64,000 bases of DNA from Methanobacteriota archaeon (GTDB taxonomy: Archaea; Halobacteriota; Bog-38; Methanoflorentales; Methanoflorentaceae). A program made the translations under genes and the position numbers. Numbering within the stretch: the stretch's first letter is position 1; each line of letters opens with the position of its first letter. The notes beneath the pieces were generated by a model, which had not been told where the DNA came from, made no database searches, and worked only from the letters and a program-made list of their open reading frames with translations. The DNA is taken from NCBI GenBank assembly GCA_963720465.1, contig OY970393.1, forward strand, positions 352,001 through 416,000, read 5' to 3'. This document shows, one piece after another, positions 62,338-64,000 of the stretch.

Positions 62338-63080
62338 TGTTGCGATGGCATCTAGTCGATACGCATTGTCACATCGACACGCCTGCGTTTGACGACGACA
62401 GACCGTCAGTGATTCAGAGAGCGTTCGACGCGCGAATTGGACTCATTAATTCGGGCATTAGCCTCACATCGAATTTGGCGACGAGAGAATTGCTTCAGCA
62501 CGAGAACGTGTACGCCGCCTACGGCCTAAGTCCGCTTAACGTTGCTGAAAAGAAAAGTGTAGAAGAATTCATTCGGCAAAACGCAGGTTCAGCAACCGCA
62601 GTTGGCGAGGTTGGGCTAGATTTTTACCATGTCAAGTCGGAGCCGCAACGTGAGAGACAAGAAAACGCGTTTGAGCAATTCATTCAGCTGAGTCAAGAGC
62701 TCGGCTTACCTCTTGTCATTCACAGTCGCGATGCCGAAGAGCGCGTTTTTGAGCTCGTGCACGGTGTTGATCAGGCGGTCTATCACTGCTACGGGGGCAG
62801 TGTGGAGTTGCTCAAAAAGATCGTAGACTGCGGGCACTATGTTTCAATTTCAACGCGAGTGTGCCGCTCTGGGCACCACCAGAAGCTCGTTGAGAAGGCC
62901 CCCCAAGATAGGGTAGTCATCGAGACTGATAGTCCCTATCTAGCCGCGCGCCGAGGTCGAAATGAACCCTCGTTCGTAGGAGACGCGATCGTTGCCATAT
63001 CGCGGATCTGGGACACGGAAGTTGAAGATGCGGCGTCGATTATCGCGGAAAATACTCGTAGGGCTTTTAATCTTGGATAG
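62337..63080 (+). CDS. tatD: TatD family hydrolase
   Basis: DTHCH, VGEVGLD, VIHSR, ETDSPY. Confidence 0.92.
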   Translation: MLRWHLVDTHCHIDTPAFDDDRPSVIQRAFDARIGLINSGISLTSNLATRELLQHENVYAAYGLSPLNVAEKKSVEEFIRQNAGSATAVGEVGLDFYHVKSEPQRERQENAFEQFIQLSQELGLPLVIHSRDAEERVFELVHGVDQAVYHCYGGSVELLKKIVDCGHYVSISTRVCRSGHHQKLVEKAPQDRVVIETDSPYLAARRGRNEPSFVGDAIVAISRIWDTEVEDAASIIAENTRRAFNLG

Positions 63081-63174
63081 AAAGGCTCATTTCGGACGAA
63101 TAAAAGGAAAACATATATAGCACGCCGCAGTACATTATTTTACCATTTTTGCAATAGTAGGAGTCTTAGCATTT

Positions 63175-63720
63175 ATGCCTTCTATCCCCCATATTAAGGA
63201 CCGATTCAAGATTAGGACGATAATTCGACGGCGAGAACGAGCCCGTAAGGGTATTGGGCTGCTCGTTGATGGGCCTAACATGCTTCGGAAGGAATTTCAA
63301 ATCGACCTAGAAGAAATACGAAACACCCTAAAGGAATTCGGCGACATCAAGGTAGGCAGGGTCTACCTGAACCAGTATGCCTCTGAGAAACTGGTTGAGG
63401 CAATCGAGAACCAAGGATTTGAGCCGGTGGTTAGCTCGAGCGACGTCGATGTTCGACTTGCCGTTGAAGCTACTGAGCTCATTTTTAATCCTAATATAGA
63501 TATTATCGCAATAGTGACCCGAGATGCTGATTTCAAGCCTGTGCTTTCAAAAGCGATGGAGCATGGCAAAGAGACAGTCATCTTCGGAGCAGAGCCTGGG
63601 TTTTCGACCGCGCTTAAAAATCTCGCTGACGTCGTTGTAATATTGAGCGATAACAGTGTCGCTGCGAGCGAGAAGTTTGGCGCGAAAAACGAGGAAGAAG
63701 TCTACCCAAAACCCGCGTAA
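63175..63720 (+). CDS. NYN-domain protein (TIGR00288-like)
   Basis: LLVDGPNMLRKE, DVDV, TRDADF. Confidence 0.9.
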   Translation: MPSIPHIKDRFKIRTIIRRRERARKGIGLLVDGPNMLRKEFQIDLEEIRNTLKEFGDIKVGRVYLNQYASEKLVEAIENQGFEPVVSSSDVDVRLAVEATELIFNPNIDIIAIVTRDADFKPVLSKAMEHGKETVIFGAEPGFSTALKNLADVVVILSDNSVAASEKFGAKNEEEVYPKPA

Positions 63721-63753
63721 CGCTTCAAGTCTTGTCCGAACGCGGAAGATGGG

Positions 63754-64000
63754 TTATGCGCCCTGCGGCGCAGTCCCCCCTCCGAGTGCTTTTTGCAGCT
63801 GTTGCTGGAGTTGTTGAAAACGCGTTTGAACGCGTTCTTCCTGCCTTTCAAGGCTCTTTAAGCGTACATCATACGTCTCTTTTTTTTCCGTTAGCTCAAC
63901 CTTCACTTCATCTTTGTTCGCACGAACGAGGATAGTTCCTACGGTCTTGAAAATAACAGCTTTTTCGTCCAGTTTTTCGAGCTCAACGAGGGTTTGGTTA
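63754..64000 (-). CDS. pfdB: Prefoldin beta subunit (partial, 5' end outside window)
   Basis: Manual translation …ELEKLDEKAVIFKTVGTILVRANKDEVKVELTEKKETYDVRLKSLERQEERVQTRFQQLQQQLQKALGGGTAPQGA*. Confidence 0.88.
   Translation of the reverse strand, partial: NQTLVELEKLDEKAVIFKTVGTILVRANKDEVKVELTEKKETYDVRLKSLERQEERVQTRFQQLQQQLQKALGGGTAPQGA

Overview
Archaeal DNA, most likely from a methanogenic Methanomicrobia/Halobacteriota-type lineage (TBP, F420-type FdhAB, Ftr, GatDE, pantoate kinase, prefoldin). About 51.4-64 kb is compact housekeeping sequence (TRAM, pok, coaBC, argH, gatD, gatE, M20 hydrolase, DUF1614, leuA, TatD, NYN, pfdB). About 1-51 kb is a mosaic accessory region. Its most striking feature is a family of archaeal tyrosine recombinases: three near full-length but disrupted copies plus about 14 short, diverged copies of only the 3' end of the gene (encoding ...YxHPLPExVYDVYMxYW-stop). 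Almost all lie on the minus strand and they separate blocks of 1-4 unrelated cargo genes, like the recombination sites of an integron cassette array. Two integrase copies begin at a 3'-half tRNA-Asp(GTC) att remnant, palindromes resembling the tRNA-Asp anticodon arm recur nearby, and a perfect 72-bp inverted repeat brackets one integrase. Other notable items: a tRNA-Val 3' half, duplicated secreted Cys-rich proteins with a structured 3' region, a Thr/Cys repeat protein, an expanded TrmB family, and promoter/signal-peptide modules reused in front of different genes. All calls are by eye from the sequence and ORF track; remnant boundaries are approximate.
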